The position numbers and the translations under genes were made by a program. This document shows positions 25,414 to 35,260 of a stretch of DNA of 64,000 nucleotides, piece after piece; positions within the stretch are counted from its first letter, which is position 1, and the number at the start of each line of letters is the position of its first letter. This stretch comes from an uncultured bacterium (lineage in GTDB: Bacteria; RBG-13-66-14), in NCBI GenBank assembly GCA_964436465.1, contig CAYTCV010000001.1, positions 31,852 through 95,851 of the forward strand, given 5' to 3'. The notes beneath the pieces are model-generated. The model saw only the letters and a program-made list of their open reading frames with translations. It was not told the DNA's origin and did no database searches.

Positions 25414-27330
25414 TTGGTTTCACGGAAAAAGAAGAGGGATAAGGAACGGGCCGTCGGGACGGGCCTGTTGCTGCTCGTCGCCGGGGCCCTGTCTTTCGTC
25501 AGCCTGGTCGTCTTTCTGGATTCGGGCGCGCCGGAAAGTATCGGTGAGGCAAGCTCCGGTGTCGTCGGCGACCTGGGGCTGTCCTGGGGTCGGGCTCAGG
25601 TCTGGCTCTACGGTTACCTGGCCCTGGCGCTGGCCCTGGTCATCGTCTATCTGGGGGTGGAGCTCCTGCGGGGGACGCGGGAGAAGCTCGGCCGGAGAAT
25701 CATCGGCTTCCTCCTCCTGGTCACCTCCCTGGCGGTCCTCTTCGGCCTGACCGGCGTGGGCGCGGCCGACACCCCGTGGCACGGTTACGGGGGGTGGGTC
25801 GGGGTTGGCATCGCCGAAGGGCTGCTCGGCGCCGTCGGCTCCCTGGGCACCGTCGTTTTGGCACTCATCGGCCTGGTTTTCGGTTTTACCCTGTCCACCG
25901 GCGTCCGGCTCGCGGCCCTGGCCGGCGGCGTGTCCGGGGCGTTCCGTTGGACGGCGGGGAAGGTCGGACGCCTGTTCCGGGGCCGCGACTGGACGCGCGC
26001 GGTGCCCGAGGCCGCCGCGCCCGTCGAATCGGTTCCGGTGGAGCCGGTGCTCCCCGTCGAAGAGGTAAACCGAGCGCAGCGAGCTACGCCCCCGGCGAAC
26101 CCCGAGCCTCCCGAGCCCGAGGCGGACGACGCGCAGGTTGCCGAGCTTCCCGAGTGGCAGCAGCCCGGGTCGAGCGCCGTACACGAGGCGCCGCCCCTGG
26201 ACCTCCTCGGGCCCCTGAATCCGGATGACCGGCCGGACGACCCCGAGGAGCGCCTGGCCCGCGTAAGAATCCTCACGAGCTTCCTGGAGCAGAACCAGCT
26301 CGCGGCCAACGTGGTGGAATACACCGAAGGCCCCAGCCTGGGCCGTTTTGAGCTGCGCCTGGCCCCGGGGGTCCGAATCGCCTCCCTCGACCGCCTGCGG
26401 GCCGAGCTGGCGCTGGCGCTGGGGTGCAACCAGGTCCGCTTCGCCCCGAATCCGGAGCGGGGCACGGTGTCGCTGGAGGTTCCGCTGGCCCGACGGCGGA
26501 CGGTCCGGCTGCGCGAGCTCCTCGAGGAGCCCGGCTGGCAGGAGCACGAGAGCCCGCTGGCCTTCCCCGTGGGGCTGACCCAGGACGGCAAGGTCGTGGT
26601 GGCCGATTTCTGCGAGCTGCCGCACCTTTTGGTCGCGGGGACCACCGGCTCGGGCAAGAGCGTCTTCCTGAACGCGCTGCTCGTCTCGCTTCTGTGCCGG
26701 GTGGGCCCGAAGCACCTCCGGCTGGTGCTGGTGGACCCCGGGCGCGTGGAGCTGGCCCCCTACGACGGGCTGCCCCACCTCCTGACGCCGCCGGTGTACG
26801 AGCCCTACGGTGTGCTCGCCGTTCTGGGACGCCTGGTGGACGAGATGGACCAGCGGTACACTCGGCTGTCGGCGGCCCGGTGCCGTTCCATCGCCGACTT
26901 CAACGCCACCGTGGGCGAGCGGAACGACACGCCGATGCCGTACATCGTCCTGGCGGTGGACGAGCTGGCCGAGCTGATGGCCGCCACCGGCAAGGCCCTG
27001 GAACAACCTTTGGCCCGGCTGGCCCAGATGTCGCGCGCCGTGGGAATCCACCTCGTCGTCGCCACCCAGCGCCCCAGCGTGGACGTGGTGACCGGGGTGA
27101 TGAAGGCCAACTTCCCCAGCCGCATAGCCTTCCAGGTCCGCTCGAAGACCGACTCCCGGGTCATCCTGGACCAGGGCGGGGCCGAGGAACTGTCCGGGGG
27201 CGGGGACCTCCTGTTCCTCCCCGTGGGGGCGACGGAGCCGCTGCGGCTCCAGGGGGCCTACGTGGGCACGGCCGAGGTGGACGCCGTGGTGGGCTACTGG
27301 ACTGGAACCGCCGGCCGGAAGCCCTCGTAG
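25414..27330 (+). CDS. ftsK: DNA translocase FtsK/SpoIIIE family
   Basis: N-terminal TM helices, Pro/Glu-rich linker, alpha/beta motor with Walker A (GTTGSGKSVFLNALL) and Walker B (IVLAVDELAELM); ends shortly after the motor with no recognisable gamma winged-helix. Confidence 0.9.
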   Translation: MVSRKKKRDKERAVGTGLLLLVAGALSFVSLVVFLDSGAPESIGEASSGVVGDLGLSWGRAQVWLYGYLALALALVIVYLGVELLRGTREKLGRRIIGFLLLVTSLAVLFGLTGVGAADTPWHGYGGWVGVGIAEGLLGAVGSLGTVVLALIGLVFGFTLSTGVRLAALAGGVSGAFRWTAGKVGRLFRGRDWTRAVPEAAAPVESVPVEPVLPVEEVNRAQRATPPANPEPPEPEADDAQVAELPEWQQPGSSAVHEAPPLDLLGPLNPDDRPDDPEERLARVRILTSFLEQNQLAANVVEYTEGPSLGRFELRLAPGVRIASLDRLRAELALALGCNQVRFAPNPERGTVSLEVPLARRRTVRLRELLEEPGWQEHESPLAFPVGLTQDGKVVVADFCELPHLLVAGTTGSGKSVFLNALLVSLLCRVGPKHLRLVLVDPGRVELAPYDGLPHLLTPPVYEPYGVLAVLGRLVDEMDQRYTRLSAARCRSIADFNATVGERNDTPMPYIVLAVDELAELMAATGKALEQPLARLAQMSRAVGIHLVVATQRPSVDVVTGVMKANFPSRIAFQVRSKTDSRVILDQGGAEELSGGGDLLFLPVGATEPLRLQGAYVGTAEVDAVVGYWTGTAGRKPS

Positions 27331-27352
27331 CTCGAAAAAATACCGGAGTGCC

Positions 27353-27994
27353 ATGCGCCGAATAGCCCTTCTTGCGTTGCTCCTGACGTTCACCGCGGCC
27401 CTCGCCGGGGACCTGACCACGGAGGAGGTCGTGGCGCGGGTCAAGGCGTCCTACGCCGCCGCGCGCACCTTCACCTGCGACGTGCGCCGCGTAACCGCCT
27501 CCGGCATGCTCGGCCAGCGGCACGTCATGCGCGGCACGATGACGAGCCTGTTGCCCGACGAGTTCCGCATCGACTACGTCAGCCCCTTCGAGCAGTCCCT
27601 GGTCTGCAACGGCGAGACGGTCTGGCTCTACACGCCCCGCAACAACCAGGTCATCGTCTCCTCCGTGAACGACTACGCCGAGCGGGAGATGCTGGGGGAC
27701 CTCATCGGCTATTTCGAGCGGGACTACGCCTACGAGCTGGCGGGCGAGGAAGAGGTGGACGGCTGCCGGACGGTGGTGCTGAAGATGACCGCCCTCGCCG
27801 CCGACAACCCCTACCCCCGCGGCCGGATTTGGATAGGCCTCGACACCTGGCTCCCGGCCGAGGTGGAGCTGACCGACGACATCGGGAACACGGTCTCCTA
27901 CCGGCTGTCGAATATCCGGCTGAACGTGGCGGTGGACCGGTCCCTGTTCAATTTCACCCCGCCGCCCGGGGTCGAGACGGTGAGGGTGGACTAG
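27353..27994 (+). CDS. lolA: outer-membrane lipoprotein carrier protein LolA
   Basis: Signal peptide; C-terminal FNFTPPPGVETVRVD matches the LolA FTFTPPQGVTVDD signature; ftsK-lolA synteny as in Proteobacteria. Confidence 0.8.
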   Translation: MRRIALLALLLTFTAALAGDLTTEEVVARVKASYAAARTFTCDVRRVTASGMLGQRHVMRGTMTSLLPDEFRIDYVSPFEQSLVCNGETVWLYTPRNNQVIVSSVNDYAEREMLGDLIGYFERDYAYELAGEEEVDGCRTVVLKMTALAADNPYPRGRIWIGLDTWLPAEVELTDDIGNTVSYRLSNIRLNVAVDRSLFNFTPPPGVETVRVD

Positions 27995-29365
27995 ATGGAC
28001 GCGGGCGGCATTAAAAAAGAGCGTCTCCGGAAGAACCTGCGCACGACGGGGCTGGCCATACTTCTGGCCGGCGCCGGGCTGGTGCTGATTCTTCAGGGCG
28101 GACCGCTGGGCATCTTCTTCGGCATCCCCCTGGGGGCCGGGGGCCTGGTCGCCCTGGTTATCGGCCTCGTCTCGCTCGCCAAGGGAATTCTCGTACCGCC
28201 GCGCCGCTTCGCCTGCCCGCGCTGCAAAACGGAGCAGGGCGTCCTGCGCGACCTCCCCTGGACGCTCTGCGTGAATTGCGGGTTGCCCCTCGTCTTTTTA
28301 GGGGAAAAGTATCTGTCGCTCATCCACTGCGGGCGGTGCGGGGCGGAGTTCGGCGTGGGCGCCAGGCAGGACGCTCCGGTGGCCTGCCCCGACTGCGGCC
28401 AGCTCCACCTGGTAACCGGCGGCGACATCCAGCCCGACGGCGAGCACCGGGAGGCGCTCCGGCTGGAGGATTTCACCCCCGACGGGCTCTACTCGGGCGA
28501 GAAGGGGGACCTGCGCGTATCCCTGTTGAGCGGCCGGGGGCGCGTGTTCTTCGCGGAGAGAATTTCCGAAATGCTGGCCGAGAAGAGCACCGCCGTGGTC
28601 TGGGGAGAGCTGGTGGCCCGCACGCGCGCGTTGCGCCTCGCCTTCCGCCTGCTGGCCGAGGCGGCCGAAGCGGGGGACCTCGAATCCGCACCCGCCTTCT
28701 GGCCCATCCTGCGCGGCTGCGCCGTGAACACGGTCTACGCCTGGGCGCGCTACCTGGAGCTCACCGGCCCCCACGAGTTCCACGCCGCCGACGTCCCCGC
28801 GGAGTTCCCGCTGGGCGAAATCATCGAATGGCAGCACGACCTGACCCGCCGGCCCGGTTTCGGCGAGAAGTGGGACCTGGACGCCGCGGCGCTGGAGGAA
28901 AAGCCGCGGTGGTTCGGGGCGCCACGCCTGGAGTTGGAGGATTTCCGCGCCCTGGAGCGCCTGGCCCGGGAGATGGACCCGGAGAAGGGGATGCCCTCCC
29001 TGGACGAAGAGGAGCGGACGCGGCTTATAGACGCTTTCTCCCTCGACCGTCTGTCCGCGGGGAAACGGAGGCGCGTCGAGACGATTCTGGGCGAAAAGGG
29101 CGGCCGGGCCGCCGCCTTCTGCGACCTGTCTTACAACGGGAACGCCCGCTGCGGTCTGGTGCTCCTGGACGACGGCGGGTTGGCGGCCTACAACCGGGAC
29201 GACGCGCGGTTCTACGCGCCAGACGAGATTGCCTCGGTCTACTTCACCGACCGGAACCTCGTCGTCGAGCCGGTGGAGGGCGAGCCGTTCAAAGTCCCCG
29301 CCGGCATCCCCCGGGAGCGACACTCGTTCCTCCTCCTGCTCCGGTCGGGGGGCACACGTGGATAA
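27995..29365 (+). CDS. hypothetical membrane protein with two zinc-ribbon motifs
   Basis: Two N-terminal TM helices, then CPRCKTE...CVNCG and CGRCGAE...CPDCG Cys4 pairs, then about 300 aa of unknown function; ATG overlaps lolA stop; the rimO GTG start overlaps its own stop by 8 nt. Confidence 0.5.
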   Translation: MDAGGIKKERLRKNLRTTGLAILLAGAGLVLILQGGPLGIFFGIPLGAGGLVALVIGLVSLAKGILVPPRRFACPRCKTEQGVLRDLPWTLCVNCGLPLVFLGEKYLSLIHCGRCGAEFGVGARQDAPVACPDCGQLHLVTGGDIQPDGEHREALRLEDFTPDGLYSGEKGDLRVSLLSGRGRVFFAERISEMLAEKSTAVVWGELVARTRALRLAFRLLAEAAEAGDLESAPAFWPILRGCAVNTVYAWARYLELTGPHEFHAADVPAEFPLGEIIEWQHDLTRRPGFGEKWDLDAAALEEKPRWFGAPRLELEDFRALERLAREMDPEKGMPSLDEEERTRLIDAFSLDRLSAGKRRRVETILGEKGGRAAAFCDLSYNGNARCGLVLLDDGGLAAYNRDDARFYAPDEIASVYFTDRNLVVEPVEGEPFKVPAGIPRERHSFLLLLRSGGTRG

Positions 29366-30749
29366 AGATAAAGCCCCCAAGAGGGTCCATGTCGTCTCCC
29401 TGGGCTGCGCCAAGGCCCTGGTGGACACCGAGGTCATGCTGGCCCAACTCGAGCGGCGGGGGTATCTGCCGACCAACGACGAGGAGGCCGAGCTCTACCT
29501 CATCAACACCTGCGGTTTCCTGGAGGAGGCGCTGGAGGAGACTTTCGGCGAAATCGAGCGCCTGGTCGAGCTGAAAGAAGCGCACCCCGGCTCGCGGCTG
29601 GCCGTGGTGGGCTGCGCGTCCGAGGCGCTCAAAAAGGGGATGGCCGAGCGTTTCCCCCAGGCGGACCTCGTGGCCGGGACCGGGTCGCTGGCGCACATCG
29701 GCGAGCTGGTGGACCGCCTGGAGCGGCGCCGCAAGGCGCAGCCTACGGTCGAACCGCTCCTCGACTTTCCCCCGCCCGGCGGGGCCTACGACGGCAATCC
29801 CGACCCCCTCCCCGAGCGGGTGGCGCTCACCCTGCCGCACGTGGCCTACCTCAAGCTGGCCGAGGGCTGCGACCTGGGCTGCACCTTCTGCGCCATCCCC
29901 GCCCTGCGCGGGCCCCAGCGGAGCCGGCCCGTGGAGCACCTTATCGCCGAGGCGGTGTCCCTGGTCGAGGAGGGGGTGCGGGAGCTGATTCTCGTCGCCC
30001 AGGAGACCACGGCCTACGGGCGGGACCTCTACGGCGAGCCGTCCCTCGTGCGGCTTCTGGCCGAGATGAGCCTCCAGTTGCCCGAGGACGACGTCTGGGT
30101 GCGGCTCCTCTACCCGAACCCCGCCCGGGTGGACGCGGAGCTGCTGGAGTGCATCGCCGCCTACCCCCAGCTCGCGCCGTACCTCGATTTCCCGTTCCAG
30201 CACGCCGACGGGTCCGTGCTCAAGTCCATGGGCCGACCCGGCGACGCGGAGACACTCGCCGAAATCATCGCCCGGGCGCGGGAGACCGTGCCGGGGCTGG
30301 TCCTGCGAGGAACCGCTCTGGTCGGCTTCCCCACCGAGGACGGGGCCGCCTTCGAGAGTCTGGTCCGCTTCGTGGAGCGGACCGGGTTCGACCACCTCGG
30401 GGTTTTCACCTACTCCGCCCGACCGGGGACGCGAGCCGCCGATGAGCTGGGCGACCCCGTGTCGCGGGAGATTAAGGAGCTGCGCGCCGAGGCGCTTCAC
30501 GACCTCCAGGAAGCGGTTTCACTCGCCCGGAATGAATCCCTGGTGGGCACGCAGGACGACGTGCTGGTGGACGCCGTCGCCGCGGGGGGGGCCGTTGCGC
30601 GGAGCCGCCGATTCTGTCCCGACGCGGACGGGGTGGTCGAGGTGGTCCTGCGGTCGGGACACGGATGGCTGCCCGGTGATTTCCGGCGCGTGACCTACAC
30701 CGTGGCGGGGCCCTACGACCTCTTCGCCGAGCCGGTGATAGAAAAATGA
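29358..30749 (+). CDS. rimO: ribosomal protein S12 methylthiotransferase RimO (MiaB/RimO radical SAM family)
   Basis: GTG start at 29358 (the track ORF begins upstream in non-coding overlap); N-terminal MTTase domain (VVSLGCAKALVDTE, INTCGF), radical SAM CDLGCTFCAIP, C-terminal TRAM-like domain. Confidence 0.8.
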   Translation: MDKDKAPKRVHVVSLGCAKALVDTEVMLAQLERRGYLPTNDEEAELYLINTCGFLEEALEETFGEIERLVELKEAHPGSRLAVVGCASEALKKGMAERFPQADLVAGTGSLAHIGELVDRLERRRKAQPTVEPLLDFPPPGGAYDGNPDPLPERVALTLPHVAYLKLAEGCDLGCTFCAIPALRGPQRSRPVEHLIAEAVSLVEEGVRELILVAQETTAYGRDLYGEPSLVRLLAEMSLQLPEDDVWVRLLYPNPARVDAELLECIAAYPQLAPYLDFPFQHADGSVLKSMGRPGDAETLAEIIARARETVPGLVLRGTALVGFPTEDGAAFESLVRFVERTGFDHLGVFTYSARPGTRAADELGDPVSREIKELRAEALHDLQEAVSLARNESLVGTQDDVLVDAVAAGGAVARSRRFCPDADGVVEVVLRSGHGWLPGDFRRVTYTVAGPYDLFAEPVIEK

Positions 30750-31345
30750 CGCTGCCGAATAAGTTGACCCTCGTCAGAATCGCCCTGGCCCCGCTCTTCG
30801 TGGTGGCGGTGAGCCTGGGACATTTTTATTCTTACCTGGCGGCGCTGGTCCTCCTGGCCCTGGCCGCCCTCACCGACCTGGCCGACGGCCGCATCGCGCG
30901 GAAAACGGGGACCCGGTCCGCTTTCGGGGAGTTCGCCGACCCCCTGGCCGACAAGCTCTTCGTCGTGACCGCCCTGGTCTCCTTCGCCGCCGTGGACGCG
31001 GTGCCCTGGTGGCTGGCGCTCATCGTGATTTGGCGCGAGCTCCTCGTCACGACGCTGCGGGCCTACGCCGCCCATCGCGGCGTGGACATCCCGCCCTCCC
31101 GGCTGGGCAAGGCCAAGACCCTGCTGCAGATGGTCGCCGTGCTGGCGGTGCTGGCCTACCTGACGGCCCGAGCCGGCTTCCCCGTCCTCGGCGGGGAGTG
31201 GACCGAGGGCCTGGACCGCCTGTGCCGGATAATCTACCTGGCGATTCTGGGGCTTTCCGTGGTGCAGGCGGTCGTCTCCGGCGTACACTACATCTGGAAC
31301 GCCAGGAAGCTCCTGCGGGGCGGAATCCGCGGGGAGGAGGACTGA
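30746..31345 (+). CDS. pgsA: CDP-diacylglycerol--glycerol-3-phosphate 3-phosphatidyltransferase
   Basis: PNKLTLVRIALAP...DLADGRIAR...FGEFADPLADK CDP-alcohol phosphatidyltransferase motif; start overlaps rimO stop. Confidence 0.9.
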   Translation: MTLPNKLTLVRIALAPLFVVAVSLGHFYSYLAALVLLALAALTDLADGRIARKTGTRSAFGEFADPLADKLFVVTALVSFAAVDAVPWWLALIVIWRELLVTTLRAYAAHRGVDIPPSRLGKAKTLLQMVAVLAVLAYLTARAGFPVLGGEWTEGLDRLCRIIYLAILGLSVVQAVVSGVHYIWNARKLLRGGIRGEED

Positions 31346-31346
31346 G

Positions 31347-31886
31347 ATGGCGTTGGTGAAGCGGACCCGAATTCCCGAAAAACCGCCGCTGCAGTGGTGG
31401 GAGTTTCCCTATCTGGCGGTGGCCAGCTTCGGCGGCACGGGGTTTTTTCCGCGGGCCTCGGGGACCGTCGCCAGCCTGGCGGCCTGCGTCATCTTCGTGC
31501 TGCTGCCCCCCTGGCCCTGGCTGGTCGGTGTTCTCGGTGCGTTGCTCTTCCTCTTCGGCGTCCCGGCCACGGGCTGGATGGCCCTCCGTTACCGCGATAA
31601 CGACCCCAGCCAGGCCACCGTGGACGAGGGCGCGGTGATGCTTCTGATTCTCGCCTTCTTCCCCCGGGAATGGGGCTACCTGGCGGCGGCCTTCCTCCTC
31701 TTCCGCTTCTTCGACATCGCCAAGCTCCCGCCCTGCCGCCGCATCGAACGCATGTCCGGCGGGTGGGGAATCATGCTCGACGACCTGGTGGCCGGTGTTT
31801 ACGCCGCGGTCATCCTGGTCGTTATCCACCTGACGGATATAATGCCCGCCTGGGCCCGCGTCCCGTTACCCGACCTCTGGTTTTAG
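31347..31886 (+). CDS. pgpA: phosphatidylglycerophosphatase A
   Basis: FGGTGFFPRASGTVASL and GWGIMLDDLVAGVYAA PgpA motifs; directly follows pgsA. Confidence 0.8.
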   Translation: MALVKRTRIPEKPPLQWWEFPYLAVASFGGTGFFPRASGTVASLAACVIFVLLPPWPWLVGVLGALLFLFGVPATGWMALRYRDNDPSQATVDEGAVMLLILAFFPREWGYLAAAFLLFRFFDIAKLPPCRRIERMSGGWGIMLDDLVAGVYAAVILVVIHLTDIMPAWARVPLPDLWF

Positions 31887-31896
31887 AGGAGCAGCC

Positions 31897-32634
31897 ATGC
31901 CCGACGAAGAACAGGTTTACAAAAGCCCCTTCGGCCAGTACATCGACGCCGTGGTATCGCCCGGCGAGGCCTTCCGCGGCCTGAAGTCCAGACCGCGCTG
32001 GCTCGTTTTCTTCCTCATCACCATCGCCGTTTCCATAGCCACCGTCCCCATCATGATGCCCTACTCCGTCGCGGCCCAGCGGGATGCAATCAACGAAATT
32101 TTGAAGGAGAACCGGGACGCGATGCCCCCCGAGCAGGTCGCCCGGCTGGAGGAATTCCGGGACCAGGCCGGCACCGGCTTCGTGGGCGAGGTTTTACCCT
32201 ACCTCGCCTTACCCGTCTTGTTTTTACTCTATCTCCTCATCGCCTCGGCGGGCCTGAACGTCGGCGTGGGGCTGACCGGGGAGAAGCTGGGCTTCCGAAA
32301 CGCCGTCTCCATCGTTTCCCTGGCCTCGGTGGCGATGGCCGCGGGAGCGGTGGTCTCGGTGGTCCTGGTGCTGGTGAAGGGCGACGTTTACGTGGGGACC
32401 AACCTGGGGCTTCTGTTTCCCCGGATGCCAACGGAGTGGTACACGCGGGTCCTCAAGGGCTTCGCCTCCCAAATCGACGTTTTCTCCGCCTGGAGCGTTT
32501 TTCTGCTGACCACGGGCGTACGCGAGGTGACCGGCCTTTCCACGAAGCGCTCCTTCCGCGTCGTCATCATCCTGTGGCTGCTCTGGGCGGCGTTGATGAC
32601 GGCCCTGAGCTACTTCGGCTTCGCCGCCCGGTGA
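31897..32634 (+). CDS. Yip1-domain membrane protein
   Basis: Five-TM topology with a hydrophilic N-terminus (PFGQYIDAVVSPGEAFRGL) typical of the YIP1 family. Confidence 0.6.
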   Translation: MPDEEQVYKSPFGQYIDAVVSPGEAFRGLKSRPRWLVFFLITIAVSIATVPIMMPYSVAAQRDAINEILKENRDAMPPEQVARLEEFRDQAGTGFVGEVLPYLALPVLFLLYLLIASAGLNVGVGLTGEKLGFRNAVSIVSLASVAMAAGAVVSVVLVLVKGDVYVGTNLGLLFPRMPTEWYTRVLKGFASQIDVFSAWSVFLLTTGVREVTGLSTKRSFRVVIILWLLWAALMTALSYFGFAAR

Positions 32635-32647
32635 GGATTTTCCCCCG

Positions 32648-33799
32648 ATGAGCCGCCCCCGGACAGACCCCGCCTTCCCCGACGGGTACCGCGAGTACAC
32701 GGGCGTCGTTCATCTGCACTCGACCTATTCCGACGGGCACTGGCCCGTGGGCCGCATCCTCGGGGAGGGCATCCGCGCCGGGCTGGACTTCGTCTTCATC
32801 ACGGACCACGACACCCTGGAGGCGAAGGAGGACGGCTGGGGCGGCTGGTACGCCCCCGGCGGCTTCGAGGGCCCCTGGCTCTCGGTGCGGCCGGTGGAGA
32901 GGCGGGGCCCGTCCGCGCACCGCGTCTTCCTCGGGGTGGGGGCGGAAATCACCCCGGCCCGGTCGCACTACCTGGCCTTCGGCGTGGACCGGCTCCCCGC
33001 CCCCAACCTGCCCAGCCAGAAAATCATCGACTTCGTCCGCGCCCGCGGCGGCCTCGGCGTCATCACCCACCCCGACCACCGGGGGAACGCCCGGTTCGGC
33101 ATCGGCTGCTACAGGTGGGAGGACTGGTCGGTCACCGGCTACGACGCGCTGGATGTGTGGGACCTGATGACCGACTGGCAGGACTCGCTGCGGGGCATCG
33201 TGAGCGCCTACGCGGCGTACCACCGGCCGGCCTGGGCCCTGCGCGGGCCGAAGCGGGTGACCCTGGAGCGCTGGGATAAACTACTCGCGCGGGGTCCGAT
33301 GCCGGTCATCGGCTGCTGCGACAACCACGGCCGTCCCTACCGCCTGGTGCGGACCTACGACATCCTCCCCTACCCCACGGCCCTGCGCCTGCTGCACCTC
33401 CACCTTTTCACCCGGCCGCTGGAGAGTCTGGACGCAGCAGAGACCGAGCGGGAGCTTCTGGGCGCCATGCGGGCCGGGCGCGGTTTCGTGGCCCAGGAGT
33501 TCTGGTGGCCCGCCCGCGGATTTTCTTTTTTCGCCGGGAACGGGGCCGAGACCGTGCCGATGGGCTCCACCGTTCCGCCGGAAAACGGCCCCTGGACCCT
33601 GACCGTGCAGTTGCCGGAGCGGGGGCTCATCACGTTAATCAAAGACGGCGTCCCCGTCGCCGCCCGAACCGGGCGGGAGCTCGTCCACCGGGCGGACGCG
33701 GGAGTCTATCGGGTAGAGGTTCACCGGAGGCGGAAGTGGCTGAAAAAACCGTGGATATTCTCCAACGCCATCCGCATCCGGGATTTGAACGGAGGTTAA
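32648..33799 (+). CDS. PHP-domain metallohydrolase (CehA/McbA-like), paralog B
   Basis: GVVHLHSTYSDG and FITDHD PHP His motifs; C-terminus (YRVEVHRRRKWLKKPWIFSNAIRIRD) parallels the 13008-14408 protein. Confidence 0.7.
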   Translation: MSRPRTDPAFPDGYREYTGVVHLHSTYSDGHWPVGRILGEGIRAGLDFVFITDHDTLEAKEDGWGGWYAPGGFEGPWLSVRPVERRGPSAHRVFLGVGAEITPARSHYLAFGVDRLPAPNLPSQKIIDFVRARGGLGVITHPDHRGNARFGIGCYRWEDWSVTGYDALDVWDLMTDWQDSLRGIVSAYAAYHRPAWALRGPKRVTLERWDKLLARGPMPVIGCCDNHGRPYRLVRTYDILPYPTALRLLHLHLFTRPLESLDAAETERELLGAMRAGRGFVAQEFWWPARGFSFFAGNGAETVPMGSTVPPENGPWTLTVQLPERGLITLIKDGVPVAARTGRELVHRADAGVYRVEVHRRRKWLKKPWIFSNAIRIRDLNGG

Positions 33800-33800
33800 A

Positions 33801-34601
33801 ATGCGTTTCGTCTTGTTGTTTCTGATGCTGCTTGGAGTCGCCTGCGGTGCCGAGGAGGCTCCGCCCACCGAAGAACTCATCTCCGACGAGGACCTCTCTA
33901 TCTCGCCATGGCACTGGCACTCCACGCCGGTCATCGAGCCCGGCGGCTCGCTGTGGCTGGGCTTTACCGCCACCAACCCCACATTGGAGACGGTGACCGG
34001 CGGGGACTTCTGGGGTAAATCGACGCTCACGCTCATCTCCCTCTCCGGTGCGACGCAGACCGTCCCCGGCGCCCGGATGCTCGAGGTGGGCGATTACATC
34101 GGGGACATGGAGCCCGGCGCCGGCGACACCGCCGTGGTCAAGATAGAGGACCTGTTCTCCTTCACCGAGACAGGTCCGCACGTCCTGCGCTGGGAAACGC
34201 CCTTCGGGGTCATGGACTACATCGTCATGGTGCTGGACGGTCTCGACTACCTCTACTACCGCCTGGAGAACGACGTGGTCTACAACGAGTGGGGGCTTTA
34301 CCTCTACGGCATGGACGGGGTCTTCCTCTCCAACTCCTTGGCGACAAGGGTCTTGGCCTTCGGTGAAGAGGCGATAGACGGCCTGGCCGCCTTCCTCGAC
34401 AGCGAGAAGGAATGCTCCATCGAAGGTTCCGAGGAGGCGACCATCGGCTCGATGTACGAACACCGGGTGAAGGACTACGCGGCCATCATGCTCGCGGCAA
34501 TTCTCGGCGCCGGAGTCCCCGAACTGCGGTCCATGGACCCCGCCGAGCGGGACGCGGGCGTCGAGAAGGTCAGGCTTCTTCTCACCGAAGGCGGGTACTG
34601 A
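33801..34601 (+). CDS. hypothetical lipoprotein
   Basis: MRFVLLFLMLLGVACGAEE lipoprotein signal; 266 aa. Confidence 0.5.
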   Translation: MRFVLLFLMLLGVACGAEEAPPTEELISDEDLSISPWHWHSTPVIEPGGSLWLGFTATNPTLETVTGGDFWGKSTLTLISLSGATQTVPGARMLEVGDYIGDMEPGAGDTAVVKIEDLFSFTETGPHVLRWETPFGVMDYIVMVLDGLDYLYYRLENDVVYNEWGLYLYGMDGVFLSNSLATRVLAFGEEAIDGLAAFLDSEKECSIEGSEEATIGSMYEHRVKDYAAIMLAAILGAGVPELRSMDPAERDAGVEKVRLLLTEGGY

Positions 34602-35260
34602 TGTCACTCCGTACGCTGGCCGTCACCGACGAAATCTACGCCTACCTGGAAAGCACCCTGCGGGAGCCCGCGGTCCTGCGGCGGCTCCGCGAGGAGACCT
34701 CGAAGCTGCCCAATCCGGAAATGCAAATCGCCCCGGAGCAGGGGCAGCTCATGGGGCTGCTGGTGGAGCTCATCGGGGCGAGGCTCTGCCTGGAGCTGGG
34801 CGTCTTCACCGGCTACAGCTCCACCGCGACGGCCCTGGCGCTGCCGCCGGACGGGAAGCTCATCGCCTGCGACAAGAGCCGTGAGTGGACCGACACGGCC
34901 CGGCGGTACTGGGCGGAGGCCGGGGTTTCGGATAAAATCGAGCTCCGACTCGGACCGGCCCTCCAGAGCCTGGATGCGCTTCTGGCCGAGGGCTACGCCG
35001 GGCGGTTCGACTTCGCCTTCATCGACGCGGACAAGGACAACTACGACGCGTACTACGAAAAGGTTCTGACCCTCCTGCGCCCCGGCGGTCTCGTGGCCCT
35101 GGACAACGCCCTGCGGCACGGGCGGGTGGCCGACGCCGCCGACGCCGACCCGGGGACGGTCGTCATCCGCGACCTGAACCGCAAAATCCGGGACGACGCC
35201 CGCGTGTCCATGTCCCTCGTTCCCATCGCCGACGGGCTGATGCTGGCGAGGAAGCGTTGA
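34601..35260 (+). CDS. class I SAM-dependent O-methyltransferase (caffeoyl-CoA OMT-like)
   Basis: Start reassigned to the ATG at 34601 (ATGA overlap with the upstream stop); LELGVFTGYSS SAM-binding motif, FIDADKDNY, LDNAL; the 5' extension in the track ORF is non-homologous. Confidence 0.8.
   Translation: MSLRTLAVTDEIYAYLESTLREPAVLRRLREETSKLPNPEMQIAPEQGQLMGLLVELIGARLCLELGVFTGYSSTATALALPPDGKLIACDKSREWTDTARRYWAEAGVSDKIELRLGPALQSLDALLAEGYAGRFDFAFIDADKDNYDAYYEKVLTLLRPGGLVALDNALRHGRVADAADADPGTVVIRDLNRKIRDDARVSMSLVPIADGLMLARKR

Noticed and set aside
25420-27444. 674-aa minus-strand ORF opposite ftsK
   Set aside because: ftsK on the plus strand has Walker A/B and full-length homology; the minus-strand translation is low-complexity.
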